Shown here piece after piece: positions 1 through 10,472 of a stretch of DNA of 64,000 bases. Both the position numbers and the translations under genes were made by a program. Origin of the DNA: an uncultured delta proteobacterium (lineage in GTDB: Bacteria > Myxococcota_A > Polyangia > Haliangiales > Haliangiaceae); assembly GCA_963848295.1 (NCBI GenBank), contig CAWKDB010000004.1, positions 32,001-96,000 on the forward strand. The letters are read 5' to 3'. The notes under the pieces were generated by a model. It was not told where the DNA came from and did not search any database. It was given only the letters and a program-made list of their open reading frames with translations. How positions within the stretch are numbered: position 1 is the stretch's first letter; every line of letters starts with the position of its first letter.

Positions 1-1034
1 ACGGCAAGCTTGCAGAACGCGAGGCCCAGACCGCGGTTGGTCCGCGTCGTGGTCTCGGTGCCGGCCTGCACGAACCGTTCGAACACGCGCTCGCGTTGGT
101 CGAAGGGGACGCCCGCGCCGGCGTCGGTGACGCGAAGCTCGATGCCGTCGTTCGCATGGCGCGTCGTGATCCGCACCTCGGATCCCTCGGGTGCATGCCG
201 GATGGCGTTCTCCGTCAGGTTCTCGAGCACGCGGCGCAGCAGATCGGGATCGGCGGATAACGTCGGCGCATCGATCTGACGCGCGAGTCGAACGTCCGCC
301 GATTGTGCTCGCACGTCGAGCTCGGTGATGACTCCGGCGACCAACTCGTCGAGCTCGATGCGGCTGCGCGTTGGTGCGAGCTGGCCTTCGTCGGCCTTCG
401 CGATGTCGAGCAACGTCGTGATCATTCGCAGCAGGGATCGGCCTTCGTCACGGATCTTTTCGGCGGCGCGCTTCGAGCGTTCGCTGCCTTCGCGATCGCG
501 GATCACGAGCTCGGCGTGCAGTCCGATCGCGTTGACCGGATTCTTGAGATCATGAACCACGAACGCGACGAGCTGTTCTTTCTGGAGCTGCAGCCGCTGG
601 AGGTCGTCGCGCTGGCGCTTGACCTGGGCATAGAGCTCGCTGCGCTCGGCCGCGAGCTTACGCAACCTGAGAGCCGCTTCGACGCGCGCGATCAGCTCGT
701 TGGGACGGAACGGCTTGCTCAAGAAGTCATCGCCACCGGCAGCGACGGTGCGATCGAACGTCTCGACGTCGCGCAACGCGGTCACGAACACGATCGGCAC
801 ATCGTGGCCACCCGGTAGCGCGCGCATCCGCGCACACGCGGTCGGACCATCGGTCCCGGGCATCCGGACATCCAGCAACACGCAGTCGGGCCGATCCCGC
901 TCGAACGCAGCGATGCCATCTTCGCCGCCGAAAGCGAGCACGACGCGATACCCATCGTCTTCGAGCGTTGCCTTGGCAAGCGCGCGATTCTCGGCGTTGT
1001 CATCGACCACGAGGATCGTCGCTCCCGAGCTCAT
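1..1034 (-). CDS. Hybrid response regulator-histidine kinase (REC-HisKA-HATPase), C-terminus runs off the window
   Basis: Manual translation from ATG 1034: MSSGATILVVDDNAENRAL..LLDVRMPG..FLSKPF (REC), VVHDLKNP (H-box), DAGAGVP..VFERF..RGLGLAFC (HATPase). Not in the ORF track because it has no stop in the window. Confidence 0.9.
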   Translation of the reverse strand, partial: MSSGATILVVDDNAENRALAKATLEDDGYRVVLAFGGEDGIAAFERDRPDCVLLDVRMPGTDGPTACARMRALPGGHDVPIVFVTALRDVETFDRTVAAGGDDFLSKPFRPNELIARVEAALRLRKLAAERSELYAQVKRQRDDLQRLQLQKEQLVAFVVHDLKNPVNAIGLHAELVIRDREGSERSKRAAEKIRDEGRSLLRMITTLLDIAKADEGQLAPTRSRIELDELVAGVITELDVRAQSADVRLARQIDAPTLSADPDLLRRVLENLTENAIRHAPEGSEVRITTRHANDGIELRVTDAGAGVPFDQRERVFERFVQAGTETTTRTNRGLGLAFCKLA

Positions 1035-1130
1035 GACCGCAGGACTCTAGCCCACGCGCAATCGGTGCGCGATGACCGAGCGCTGCAACCACGTGATTGC
1101 TGCGTATATCGCGGGTTCGCCGTTTCATGA

Positions 1131-1143
1131 CGCAATTATTGCG
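1131..1143. promoter_or_regulatory. CGCA-N5-TGCG palindrome (candidate activator site)
   Basis: CGCAATTATTGCG; another perfect copy at 1057-1069. Confidence 0.6.
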
Positions 1144-1173
1144 GGCTTTTCACCTGCATCAGATACCGACGGC

Positions 1174-1189
1174 TGGAGCGGGCATTGCA
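1174..1189 (+). promoter_or_regulatory. sigma54 -24/-12 promoter
   Basis: TGGAGCGGGCATTGCA (GG-N10-GC); ATG 14 nt after the -12 C. Confidence 0.7.
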
Positions 1190-1201
1190 ACTCCGTTGAC
1201 C

Positions 1202-1669
1202 ATGGAGACCAAACCTGAACCCGAGCTCCCGCCGCGTCGCGGGTTGCGTCTGCTGCTTCCGGATCACCACCGCCGGATCGAGGCAAAATGCCGAGAGCTG
1301 CTCGCCTCGGCCTACGCCGATGATGCTCGCGAGCTCGTCACGCGCTGGTGTGAGCTCGAGGCCGAGCTCCTCGATCACATCGCCGCCGAAGAAGAAGTCA
1401 TCCTACCGAGCTATACCGAGCACGCACCTGGGGATGCGAAGCGGATCCTCGACGATCACGCGCGGATCCGCGAGCTCGTGACGCCGATCGGCGTGGAGGT
1501 CGAGCTTCACGAGATGCGCGCGGCTCGGCTGCGCCGGCTCGTCGAGGCGCTCGATGCCCATGCCGCTCACGAAGACTCCGTGATGTACCCGTGGGCGCAG
1601 CTCAACCTGCCGGCGGTCGCACAGCGCTTGTTGGCCACGCGGATCGGCCGATGGCTCGGGGGGACGTGA
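1202..1669 (+). CDS. Hemerythrin-like (HHE) domain protein
   Basis: DHH..., HIAAEEEVILP, DH, HAAHEDSVMYP: H/HxxxE pattern repeated twice. Confidence 0.85.
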   Translation: METKPEPELPPRRGLRLLLPDHHRRIEAKCRELLASAYADDARELVTRWCELEAELLDHIAAEEEVILPSYTEHAPGDAKRILDDHARIRELVTPIGVEVELHEMRAARLRRLVEALDAHAAHEDSVMYPWAQLNLPAVAQRLLATRIGRWLGGT

Positions 1670-1708
1670 GCGGTCCGTGCTGATCCGAGCGAGCATCCCC
1701 GTGCCGCG

Positions 1709-2983
1709 GTGAGCTCGCGGCAACTCCGAGAGTCGTTGAGCCTGCTTCGTACGCGCAGGTTCGGCACGTTCTGGTTCGCGACACTGCTCTCGAACATCGG
1801 GTTCTGGGCGCAGGAGGTCGCCGAACCCTGGCTCCTGCTCTCGCTCGGCGCGTCGTCGTTCCTCATCGGGCTCGACGCGTTCGTCGGCGATGCACCGGCG
1901 TGGGTGCTGACGCTCGTCGGCGGCCTGCTCGCGGACCACTTCGATCGACGCAAGATCATCACCGCGTTTCAGTCGATCCAGATGCTGTGCCCGATCGCAC
2001 TCGTGGTCTTGCTCGTGACGGGCACGGTCCAGCCATGGATGGTGATCGCGCTCTCGCTCGTGGTCGGCGTGACAGACGCGCTGTCGATGCCATCGTTTCA
2101 ATCGATCGTCCCGTCGATCGTCGAGCACGACCAGATCGGCGCCGGACTCGCGCTGAGCTCCACGCAGTTCAACGTGTCGCGGATCCTCGGCCCGGCCGTG
2201 GCCGGTCTGATGATCGCGGGAGTCGGCGTGATCGGCTGTTTCGCGATCAACGCCGTGTCGTACATCCCGTTCATCCTCGTCGCGCTGTGGATCCTGCCGC
2301 GGCACGAGCCCGCCAAGGCGCGGTTCGACCGCACCCGTCCGTTCGTCGGAATGGGAGCGATCATCCGGCAGCCGCACCTCCGCGGCGCGCTCCTCACGGT
2401 ATGCACGACGTCATTGCTCTGCGGTCCGCTGATCACGTTCTGCCCGGTCCTGATCCGCGACGCGTTTAACGGCAGCGCCGGCCGGTTCAGCCTGGCGATC
2501 GCCGCGTTCGGGATCGGCGGGCTACTCGGCGCGGTCCTCTTGCTCGGTACCGATCCCGATCGCGATCGCCGGCGGCTCAGCTCGTGGTGTGCGCTGGGCT
2601 ACGGCGCCGTCGTGATCGCTGCCGCGCTCGATCCGTGGTTCTGGGCACTGCCGGGACTCGTGCTCGCGGGCGGCCTCGCGATGACGATGAGCAATACCGC
2701 AGCGAACACGTTGATCCAGGCGACCGCGGCTCCGGAGCTCCGCGGGCAGACGGTGAGCATGTTCATGCTCGCGATCCGTGGCGGAATGGCCCTCGGGAGC
2801 ATCGCGACGGGCGTCTCGATCAGCTTGCTCGGCGTCCGCGCCGCGCTCGCGATCGACGGTCTGCTCGCCCTCGTCGCGCAGCTAACGATCGGGCGGATCT
2901 GGCTGCGATGCGAGCTTCCACTCGAACGAGCAGACCTCGGCACCCATCTTGCTTCTCGAGGCGAACGCGCAGGAGCCGCATGA
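1709..2983 (+). CDS. MFS transporter
   Basis: About 12 hydrophobic segments, [12 protein letters not shown] motif A; stop overlaps xfp ATG. Confidence 0.9.
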   Translation: MSSRQLRESLSLLRTRRFGTFWFATLLSNIGFWAQEVAEPWLLLSLGASSFLIGLDAFVGDAPAWVLTLVGGLLADHFDRRKIITAFQSIQMLCPIALVVLLVTGTVQPWMVIALSLVVGVTDALSMPSFQSIVPSIVEHDQIGAGLALSSTQFNVSRILGPAVAGLMIAGVGVIGCFAINAVSYIPFILVALWILPRHEPAKARFDRTRPFVGMGAIIRQPHLRGALLTVCTTSLLCGPLITFCPVLIRDAFNGSAGRFSLAIAAFGIGGLLGAVLLLGTDPDRDRRRLSSWCALGYGAVVIAAALDPWFWALPGLVLAGGLAMTMSNTAANTLIQATAAPELRGQTVSMFMLAIRGGMALGSIATGVSISLLGVRAALAIDGLLALVAQLTIGRIWLRCELPLERADLGTHLASRGERAGAA

Positions 2984-5340
2984 ACACGAACACCCTCGAA
3001 GACGACGAGCTCCTCGCGATCGACGCCTACTGGCGCGCCGCGAATTACCTGACCGTCGGTCAGATCTACCTGCTCGCGAATCCCCTGCTCCGGGAGCCGC
3101 TGCGGGTCGAGCACATCAAGCCGCGCCTGCTCGGACACTGGGGAACATCGCCGGGCTTGAGCCTGGTGTACGCGCACGTCAATCGAATCATCCGGAACCA
3201 CGATCTCGACGTCATCTATCTCGCCGGTCCCGGCCACGGCGGCCCCGCGATCATCGCCAACGTCTATCTCGAGGGCACGTACTCCGAGATCTATCCCGGC
3301 GTGACCGAAGACGCCGCGGGGATATTCCGCTTGTTTCGCCAGTTCTCCACACCGGGCGGAATTCCGAGTCATGTCGGCCCGACGACGCCCGGATCGATTC
3401 ACGAAGGTGGCGAGCTCGGTTACGTGCTGACCCACGCGTTCGGCGCCGTGTTCGACAATCCCGGGCTCGTCGCGGTGGCGGTGGTCGGTGATGGCGAGGC
3501 GGAGACCGCGCCGCTCGAGGGATCGTGGAAGGGAATCAAGTTCCTCAATGCGGCACGCGACGGTGCCGTGCTGCCGATTCTCCATCTCAACGGCTACAAG
3601 ATCTCGGGCCCCACGGTCCTGGGGCGCGCGACCGACGAGTCGGTCCGCAGCTTGCTCGAAGGTCACGGCTACGACGTCCACTTCGTCGCCGGCGATGATC
3701 CGATGCCCGTGCATCGCGCACTCGCGGAAACCCTCGATACGTGCGTCGCGAAGATCCGATCGATCCAGGACGCCGCACGCACGCGCGGGATCCGCGGCAC
3801 GCCACGCTGGCCTGCGATCGTCCTGCGCACGCCGAAGGGATGGACCGGCCCCAAGTTCGTCAACGGGCTTCCGGTCGAGGGCACGTTTCGCGCGCATCAG
3901 GTGCCACTCGCTGCGGTGCGCACCGATCCAGACCAGCTCTTAGCGCTCGAGAGCTGGATGCGGAGCTATCACCCGGAACAACTGTTCGACACCACCGGCC
4001 GGCTCGCGAGTCGCCTGCGCGCGCTTGCACCGACGGGCGCGCGACGAATGGGCGCGAACCCGCACGCGAACGGCGGCGGACATCACACGGCCCTCGATCT
4101 CCCCGACACCGCGCCGTACGCGCTCGAGGTCGCGCGTCCCGGCGTTGTCCGGCACGAGTCGACGCGGGCACTCGGCGAGCTGGTGCGCGACGTCTATACC
4201 AAGAATCCGACGACGTTCCGGCTGGTCTGCCCCGACGAGACCAACTCGAATCGCCTCGGCGCCGTGTTCGACGTCGACAACCGCTGCTTTCAGGAGCCGG
4301 CGATCGCGATCGACGATCACGTGTCCGCCGACGGGCGCGTGATGGAGGTCTTGAGCGAGCACAACTGCGAGGGCTGGCTCGAGGGCTATGTGCTGACCGG
4401 CCGGCACGGGCTGTTCGCGACCTACGAGGCGTTCGCGCTGGTCGTCGCATCGATGACGACCCAACACGCGAAGTGGCTCGAGATGACCGAGCGCCTGCCG
4501 TGGCGCGTCGCGGTGCCGTCGCTGAACTACCTGCTGACCTCGACCTGCTGGCGCAACGACCACAACGGGTTCTCGCATCAAGGTCCCGGCTTCATGGATA
4601 CGATCATCTCGAAGAAGGGCACGGTCGCGCGGGTCTACCTGCCGCCCGATGCCAACTGTCTGCTCTCGGTTGCGGACCACTGCCTGCGCAGCGCGAGCTA
4701 CGTCAACCTCATCATCATCGACAAGCAGCCTCAGCTGCAGTGGCTCGGCCCAGCCGCGGCGCGCGAGCACTGCGCACGGGGCGCGTCGATCTGGAGATGG
4801 GCCGGAACCGAAGGCGCCGACGAGCCGGATGTGATCCTCGCGTGCGCCGGCGATACGCCCACGCTCGAGACGCTGGCCGCTGCCGCATGGCTCCGAACGT
4901 ACGCGCCCGAGCTACGCGTGCGCGTAGTCAACGTCGTCGACCTGATGAAGCTGTTCTCGCCGCGCGAGCATCCGCACGGAATGACCGAGGCCGCGTTCGT
5001 CGATCTGTTCACGCGCGACGTCGATGTGTGTTTCTCGTTTCACGGCTATGCCGGCGCGATCCATCAGCTGCTCCACGCGCGACCGAACGCCGGGCGGTTC
5101 CACGTCCGCGGTTACAAGGAAGAAGGCACGACGACCACGCCGTTCGACATGGTCGTGCTCAACGAGACCAGCCGATATCACATCGCGATCGACGCGCTCC
5201 GGCGCAGCCGCCGGCCGGTGCCGAACGCGAAGGAGCTGACCGCGAAATGCCTCGACATGCTCGCGCGCCACGCGTCGTACGTCGCGGAGCACTTCGAGGA
5301 TCTGCCCGAGATCCGCGACTGGACGTGGCCCTCGTGCTGA
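2980..5340 (+). CDS. xfp: Xylulose-5-P/fructose-6-P phosphoketolase
   Basis: [37 protein letters not shown] (TPP), [33 protein letters not shown] before ATG 2980. Confidence 0.97.
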   Translation: MNTNTLEDDELLAIDAYWRAANYLTVGQIYLLANPLLREPLRVEHIKPRLLGHWGTSPGLSLVYAHVNRIIRNHDLDVIYLAGPGHGGPAIIANVYLEGTYSEIYPGVTEDAAGIFRLFRQFSTPGGIPSHVGPTTPGSIHEGGELGYVLTHAFGAVFDNPGLVAVAVVGDGEAETAPLEGSWKGIKFLNAARDGAVLPILHLNGYKISGPTVLGRATDESVRSLLEGHGYDVHFVAGDDPMPVHRALAETLDTCVAKIRSIQDAARTRGIRGTPRWPAIVLRTPKGWTGPKFVNGLPVEGTFRAHQVPLAAVRTDPDQLLALESWMRSYHPEQLFDTTGRLASRLRALAPTGARRMGANPHANGGGHHTALDLPDTAPYALEVARPGVVRHESTRALGELVRDVYTKNPTTFRLVCPDETNSNRLGAVFDVDNRCFQEPAIAIDDHVSADGRVMEVLSEHNCEGWLEGYVLTGRHGLFATYEAFALVVASMTTQHAKWLEMTERLPWRVAVPSLNYLLTSTCWRNDHNGFSHQGPGFMDTIISKKGTVARVYLPPDANCLLSVADHCLRSASYVNLIIIDKQPQLQWLGPAAAREHCARGASIWRWAGTEGADEPDVILACAGDTPTLETLAAAAWLRTYAPELRVRVVNVVDLMKLFSPREHPHGMTEAAFVDLFTRDVDVCFSFHGYAGAIHQLLHARPNAGRFHVRGYKEEGTTTTPFDMVVLNETSRYHIAIDALRRSRRPVPNAKELTAKCLDMLARHASYVAEHFEDLPEIRDWTWPSC

Positions 5341-5363
5341 CGGTGCACCCCGCGATGTAAGCC

Positions 5364-5406
5364 CGCAGCGAGTGCGCGACTCGGAGCTGATCACGCAAGC
5401 CGTTCG
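5364..5406. promoter_or_regulatory. Tandem CGCA-N5-TGCG sites
   Basis: CGCAGCGAGTGCG at 5364 and CGCAAGCCGTTCG at 5394 (30 nt apart). Confidence 0.6.
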
Positions 5407-5435
5407 TGATTCGTCGCAGCTATCGCGCCGAGGCT

Positions 5436-5451
5436 TGGCGCGTCGCTTGCG
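5436..5451 (+). promoter_or_regulatory. sigma54 -24/-12 promoter
   Basis: TGGCGCGTCGCTTGCG; ATG 15 nt after the -12 C. Confidence 0.75.
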
Positions 5452-5464
5452 TAGGAGTCTTGCC

Positions 5465-5902
5465 ATGGATGCCGAGGCCACCCGTAGGACGCTCGTCGCA
5501 CAGCACGACAAGATCCGCGCTCACTTGAACGGGTGCAGCCTCCTGGCCCGGCTGCTCCTCGAGGGCGAGCCGGTCCGGGTCGAGCTCGACGCGGCCCTCG
5601 ATCGCCTGCGTGCCGACTTCGCGGTGCACAACGCGACCGAGACCGAGCTCGTCCGCCCGCTGCTGCACGACTCGCCGAACTGGGGCGCGGTGCTGATCGA
5701 CCGGATGCTGGAGGAGCACGTCGCCGAGCATGCCGCGTTCTGGGAGATGCTGGCTGGATCGACCGTCGAGGTCGCGGCGCGCATGGACGAGCTGATCGAC
5801 GAGCTCGACGCGCACATGGCAGCCGAAGAACGGACGTTTCTCAGCCCGGCCGTCCTTCACCCCGACGTGATCACCCGGCGTCGCCAAGAGGAGCCAACAT
5901 GA
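5465..5902 (+). CDS. Hemerythrin-like domain protein
   Basis: QHDKIR, HNATETELVRP, EEHVAEH, HMAAEERTFL. Confidence 0.8.
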   Translation: MDAEATRRTLVAQHDKIRAHLNGCSLLARLLLEGEPVRVELDAALDRLRADFAVHNATETELVRPLLHDSPNWGAVLIDRMLEEHVAEHAAFWEMLAGSTVEVAARMDELIDELDAHMAAEERTFLSPAVLHPDVITRRRQEEPT

Positions 5903-6432
5903 AGGACCAAACCGTTCGCAGTCACGACCAGGTGAGCCAGCCGTACCCGCGCGTGCGCGACACCTTGCTCGCGAATCCGCATTACGTGTTTCGCCACGCG
6001 ACCGCAGCCGCGACGACACAAGCCGCGACGTTGCACGTCCGGATCGGGGCGCTCGATATCGGCGCCGACGTCGCGATCGAGCTCCTAGGCATCGAATACG
6101 ACGACGCGTTCGATCGACCGGAAACGCGACTGGCGCTCGAATGGCACGCCGCGAAGACTCCGACGCTGTTTCCGTCGATGAAGGCCACGCTCGCAGTGTT
6201 TGCGCTATCACCGACCGAGACCTGCCTCGAGCTCGAAGGACAGTATCGAGTGCCTATGGGAAAGGTCGGCGAGTGGCTCGACGCCGCCGTCGGCCATCGG
6301 ATCGCGGAGGCGTCCGTGACGCGCTTCGTTCAAGAGGTGGCGGGGTGGCTGCGCGAGGAGCTGACGACCTCCGCCGCGAACGACGAAGCAATGCCAGCGT
6401 CGCGGTTCGAGCCGATCATCGATACCGACTAG
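5899..6432 (+). CDS. Hypothetical protein, possibly SRPBCC-like fold
   Basis: GAGGAG RBS, ATGA overlap with upstream gene; LFPSMKATL..LELEGQYRVPMGKVG..D...HRIAEASVTRF. Confidence 0.7.
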   Translation: MKDQTVRSHDQVSQPYPRVRDTLLANPHYVFRHATAAATTQAATLHVRIGALDIGADVAIELLGIEYDDAFDRPETRLALEWHAAKTPTLFPSMKATLAVFALSPTETCLELEGQYRVPMGKVGEWLDAAVGHRIAEASVTRFVQEVAGWLREELTTSAANDEAMPASRFEPIIDTD

Positions 6433-6446
6433 CGCCTTCCCTGCGA

Positions 6447-7187
6447 TCAACGATCGCGAATGGCCGCGTGACAGTGTGCGCACGTCGCGAGCAGCTCTCC
6501 GAAGATCGCAGCGCGTCCGTCCTGATCGCGCATGGCGAGCGCCCGGTTCGCGTAGAGACGAACGCGCGCGACGTCATCGCCGATCTTTTCGCCGTCGGCG
6601 AGCCCCATGTCTTTGAGCTTCACCGTCATCGGTTCCTCGGCGACGATCGTGAGCGGGACCTGCGTGAGCGCCTGCGCACCTTCGAGCCAGCGATCGTTCG
6701 ATGGCCCGATCAGCCCGTCCCACATCCGAGCGGCGGCCCACTGGTGCCCCAGCATCTGCGGCAGCAGCGTGGTGTCGGCGGTCGGGCGAGGGTCAGCGGA
6801 GAATACGATCTTCGCCGCCGTCGCTTCGTGGCAGCGTGCGCATTCGCGACCGAGCGCCGCGGTCGCCTTCGCCGCGGCGACCACGTCCGCAGCGCGCTCG
6901 ATGTTGTGCGAGGACGTCGCGATCCGGTCCAGATACGGCCGCCATTGCGGCAAGGCATCGGGCTCGTCGGACGCGGAGATCGCGCGCGCCTCGAGCTGTA
7001 CTCGAGCGAGGTCGCTGTGGACGACGGCCTGTTCGATCCGGCGCGCGGATTCGAAGCGCTCGTGCATGCGAGCCTGAGCCGCTTGAATCGTCGCCGCGAG
7101 TGACGGTCCGCTCGGGGCCGGCTCCACGTCGTCCTGGCAGCCAAGTGTGGAGAGCGTGAGTGCGAGCGATGCCGAAATCAGGCGCAT
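6447..7187 (-). CDS. Di-heme c-type cytochrome lipoprotein
   Basis: Signal with lipobox TLGC; CARCH and C-terminal CAHCH. Confidence 0.85.
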   Translation of the reverse strand: MRLISASLALTLSTLGCQDDVEPAPSGPSLAATIQAAQARMHERFESARRIEQAVVHSDLARVQLEARAISASDEPDALPQWRPYLDRIATSSHNIERAADVVAAAKATAALGRECARCHEATAAKIVFSADPRPTADTTLLPQMLGHQWAAARMWDGLIGPSNDRWLEGAQALTQVPLTIVAEEPMTVKLKDMGLADGEKIGDDVARVRLYANRALAMRDQDGRAAIFGELLATCAHCHAAIRDR

Positions 7188-7199
7188 GTGCCGCGTTGT

Positions 7200-7215
7200 T
7201 GCATTCGATGTGCCC
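7200..7215 (-). promoter_or_regulatory. sigma54 -24/-12 promoter
   Basis: GGGCACATCGAATGCA on minus strand; ATG 7187 is 14 nt downstream. Confidence 0.7.
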
Positions 7216-7235
7216 GTCGAGGCGAGGGCCGCTCG

Positions 7236-7277
7236 CGCAGCGATTGCGCCCGTGAGGCGCGAGCCGCGGTTCTTGCG
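7236..7277. promoter_or_regulatory. Tandem CGCA-N5-TGCG sites between divergent promoters
   Basis: CGCAGCGATTGCG at 7236 and CGCGGTTCTTGCG at 7265. Confidence 0.6.
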
Positions 7278-7306
7278 CGCATCACATGTCTTGCTCGAGC
7301 CTTGCG

Positions 7307-7322
7307 AGGCACGCGGGATGCA
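7307..7322 (+). promoter_or_regulatory. sigma54 -24/-12 promoter
   Basis: AGGCACGCGGGATGCA; ATG 7335 is 14 nt downstream. Confidence 0.7.
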
Positions 7323-7334
7323 ACTCATGCGCGC

Positions 7335-7424
7335 ATGAACCACGAAGCGCCAATGGCCCCTCGCGTTATTGACGTTGGATCCGGGCTCGGCGTCGCGGGT
7401 TGGCTCGCGGCGAACGGCGCGTAG
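7335..7424 (+). pseudogene. 29-aa ORF resembling the N-terminus of a class I SAM methyltransferase
   Basis: MNHEAPMAPRVIDVGSGLGVAGWLAANGA*; VIDVGSGLG resembles SAM motif I. Confidence 0.4.
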
Positions 7425-7430
7425 ACTGCC

Positions 7431-9083
7431 GTGGGCTCGACGACCGCAGCGCGCCCGCTGCCCGAGGTCCGGAACCTGCTCGCTCCTGATGTGACCCGGT
7501 GGCCTCTCGACTCCACCAAGCCGGTGATCGAGCTCGAAGGCGTTTCGCTCGCCTTCGGTGACAAACGCGTGCTCGATGATCTGGACCTCGCGATCGAGCC
7601 GGGGAAGACCACCGTAATCCTTGGCTGCGGCGGCTCCGGTAAATCGGTCTTGCTCAAGCTGATGATGGGGTTAATCCAACCCGATCACGGGCGAGTGCTC
7701 GCGTTCGGACGCGATCTCGCCCTCGTCTCGCCGATCGAGATGCTCGAGCTCCGCAAGCGCATGGGGATGGTGTTCCAGAACTATGCGCTGTTCGACGCGT
7801 TGTCAGTCGAGGACAACGTCGGGTTCTCGCTGGCCGAGAACTCGGGGCTTCGCCACGCCGAGATCGCTTCGCGGTCGCACGAGCTACTCGAGCTACTCGA
7901 TCTCGTGGGCAGCGAACGGATGTTGCCCGGCGAGCTGTCCGGAGGGATGCGCAAGCGAGTCAGCCTCGCACGGGCGCTGGTAGCAAATCCCGAGGTCGTC
8001 CTGTTCGACGAGCCGACGACGGGTCTGGACCCGGTGATGGTCGAACGCGTCGACGAGTTGATCAGGTTGGTGAACGCTCGGTATCGGGTCACTTCGGTGA
8101 TCATCAGTCACGACCTGACCAGCGCGAGGCGGCTGGCCGATCGCGTCGCGTTCCTCGACGGCGGCAAGATCGCGTTCACCGGCACATTTGACGAGCTGTT
8201 GGCGAGCGAGGTCGCTTCGGTCCGGAGCTTCGTCGAAGCAGCGAAGGTCTCGGCCTCTGTGGTCGAGCACCTCGAACGTCGCTCCTCGCTGGCCGAGACG
8301 CCCGTCGTCGAGCTAACCGGCGTCACCAAGTCGTTCGGCGCCAAACAGGTGCTGCGTGGCGTCGATCTCGCGATCTATCGGGGGCGAACCACCGTGCTGA
8401 TCGGCGCTAGCGGCTCCGGCAAGTCGGTCATCATCAAGCACATCTTGGGGCTGCTCAAGCCCGACAGCGGCAAGGTCCTCGCATTCGGCGAAGACGTCGG
8501 CGCGATGAACGATCTGGAGCTCGCTCGAATCCGCACCCACTTCGGGCTCGTGTTCCAGCACGCTGCGCTACTCGATTGGCTGTCGGTCTTCGACAACGTC
8601 GCGTTCCCGCTGAGAGAGCGCCCGGGCCGAACCGATCCCGACGCAGATGCGCGGGTGGCCGAAGTGCTGGATCGACTCCATCTTACAGAGATCGCGCGGC
8701 GCATGCCGGGAGAGCTCTCGCTCGGCCAGCGCAAACGGGTCGGGCTTGCTCGCGCGATCGTGACGAAGCCAGACGTCGTGATCTACGACGAGCCGACCAC
8801 GGGTCAAGATCCCATTCGCACGCTCGAGATCGACGACATGATCCAGGAGATGCAAGCGCGTTACCATCTCACGAGCATCGTGATCAGCCACGACATGGCG
8901 TCGGCGTTTCGCATCGGCGACATGATCGCGATGTTGCACGAGGGTGTGATCGTGGCGTTCGGAACGCCAGACGAGCTACGGGCTTCCAGCAACGAGCATG
9001 TCCAGCGCTTCATCCACGCCGGCGTTGGCAATTCTCCCCGCAATTCTCCCCGGCGCGCGACCGGTACGGGACAGGGCGCATGA
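7431..9083 (+). CDS. ABC ATPase with two tandem MlaF-like nucleotide-binding domains (start may be GTG 7491)
   Basis: Two sets of Walker A ([16 protein letters not shown]), LSGG/LSLG, DEPTTG(L/Q)DP and ISHD. Confidence 0.9.
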   Translation: MGSTTAARPLPEVRNLLAPDVTRWPLDSTKPVIELEGVSLAFGDKRVLDDLDLAIEPGKTTVILGCGGSGKSVLLKLMMGLIQPDHGRVLAFGRDLALVSPIEMLELRKRMGMVFQNYALFDALSVEDNVGFSLAENSGLRHAEIASRSHELLELLDLVGSERMLPGELSGGMRKRVSLARALVANPEVVLFDEPTTGLDPVMVERVDELIRLVNARYRVTSVIISHDLTSARRLADRVAFLDGGKIAFTGTFDELLASEVASVRSFVEAAKVSASVVEHLERRSSLAETPVVELTGVTKSFGAKQVLRGVDLAIYRGRTTVLIGASGSGKSVIIKHILGLLKPDSGKVLAFGEDVGAMNDLELARIRTHFGLVFQHAALLDWLSVFDNVAFPLRERPGRTDPDADARVAEVLDRLHLTEIARRMPGELSLGQRKRVGLARAIVTKPDVVIYDEPTTGQDPIRTLEIDDMIQEMQARYHLTSIVISHDMASAFRIGDMIAMLHEGVIVAFGTPDELRASSNEHVQRFIHAGVGNSPRNSPRRATGTGQGA

Positions 9084-9125
9084 CGGACGACCTCTACGAA
9101 TCGTTCACGCGACTTTGAAGCCTCG

Positions 9126-9167
9126 CGCATGTTTTGCGCCGCCGTCCCCGGCTCCGAAGGCTTTGCG
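9126..9167. promoter_or_regulatory. Tandem CGCA-N5-TGCG sites
   Basis: CGCATGTTTTGCG at 9126 and CGAAGGCTTTGCG at 9155. Confidence 0.6.
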
Positions 9168-9197
9168 CGTATCGCTGTGTGGGAACCGGCCGACGCG

Positions 9198-9213
9198 AGG
9201 CACGTGCGATGCA
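9198..9213 (+). promoter_or_regulatory. sigma54 -24/-12 promoter
   Basis: AGGCACGTGCGATGCA; ATG 9228 is 16 nt downstream. Confidence 0.7.
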
Positions 9214-9227
9214 GCTCTAGTGTGGTC

Positions 9228-10472
9228 ATGAGTCAGGACGCTGCTAGCTCGGCAACCGCCGCCCCGTCGCCCCATGGCGTGAAGACACGGACGAGTCATC
9301 GCGCTCGCAATGCGATCATCGCGAGCCTCGCCATCGCGCTCGCGCTCTTCGGCGCATATCTCTGGCGCTCGGCTTCGCGGGACAGCCGGCCGGTGTTCCA
9401 GTTCGAGCTCGCCAATGCGGGCCGAGGACCGATCCAGGCGAAGGTGACCGCGACCGGGACCGTCAATCCGATCGTCACGGTTCAAGTCGGCACCCAGGTG
9501 TCCGGGACGATCGAGAAGCTCGGCGCCGACTTCAACTCGACGGTCACGCCGGGCCAGATGATCGCGCAGATCGACCCGAGACTGTTTCGCGCCGCGGTCG
9601 AACAGGCGCAGGCGAATCTGCTCGCGGCGCGCGCGAGCACGCACAAGGCGCGGGCCCAGCTGATCCTCGACCAGCGAACAGCCGTGCGCAACCGCGGACT
9701 CGCGGCCCAGCAACTGATCGCGCAGGCGACGGTGGAAGCGAGTGACACCGCGGCCGTCGTCGATCAGGCCCAGCTCGAGCAGTCGATCGCCGCCGAAGCG
9801 CAAGCGCAGGCCGCGCTCGATACCGCAACGTTGAACCTTCACTACACGACGATCACCTCGCCGATCGCGGGCACCGTGATCACGCGCAACATCGACGTCG
9901 GCCAGACCGTCGCCGCGTCGTTCGCCGCTCCCACGTTGTTCCTCATCGGGCAGGACCTCACGAAGATGGAGGTCGATAGCAACATCGCCGAAGCGGATGT
10001 CGGAAGGCTCGCGCCGGGGATGACCGCCACGTTCTCGGTCGACGCCTACCCGACGCGGAGCTTTCACGGATCGATCCGTCAGGTTCGCAGCTCGCCGCAG
10101 ATCGTCCAGAACGTCGTGACCTACAACGCGGTCATCGACGTCGATAACACCGACCTCGCGCTCAAGCCTGGCATGACCGCGAATCTCGAGGTCATCTACG
10201 CGGATCGAAAGGACGTCAATCGCGTCGCGAACGCTGCCTTGCGGTTTCGGCCACCTCCGCAGCTCGCCGGAAAGACCGGGGTGGCAGTCCCGCCGGGCAA
10301 GAAGGTGGTCTGGGTGATGCGTGCCGGTGCGCCACGTCCGATCGAGATCACGACGGGCGTCAGCGACGGCACCGACACCGAGGTCGTCAACGGCGACCTC
10401 CAGCCCGGAGATCAGGTCGTCACCGAAGCGAATCCCACGCATCGCGCATCCGGTGCCGGGAGGATCCTGTGA
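9228..10472 (+). CDS. MacA-like periplasmic adaptor (efflux MFP)
   Basis: N-terminal TM, VQVGTQVSG, ITSPIAGTVI, GQTVAASF, NVVTY, LKPGMTA. Confidence 0.9.
   Translation: MSQDAASSATAAPSPHGVKTRTSHRARNAIIASLAIALALFGAYLWRSASRDSRPVFQFELANAGRGPIQAKVTATGTVNPIVTVQVGTQVSGTIEKLGADFNSTVTPGQMIAQIDPRLFRAAVEQAQANLLAARASTHKARAQLILDQRTAVRNRGLAAQQLIAQATVEASDTAAVVDQAQLEQSIAAEAQAQAALDTATLNLHYTTITSPIAGTVITRNIDVGQTVAASFAAPTLFLIGQDLTKMEVDSNIAEADVGRLAPGMTATFSVDAYPTRSFHGSIRQVRSSPQIVQNVVTYNAVIDVDNTDLALKPGMTANLEVIYADRKDVNRVANAALRFRPPPQLAGKTGVAVPPGKKVVWVMRAGAPRPIEITTGVSDGTDTEVVNGDLQPGDQVVTEANPTHRASGAGRIL

Noticed and set aside
9029..9052. 12-bp tandem duplication CAATTCTCCCCG x2
   Set aside because: Two copies only, in frame in a C-terminal tail; no sign of function.
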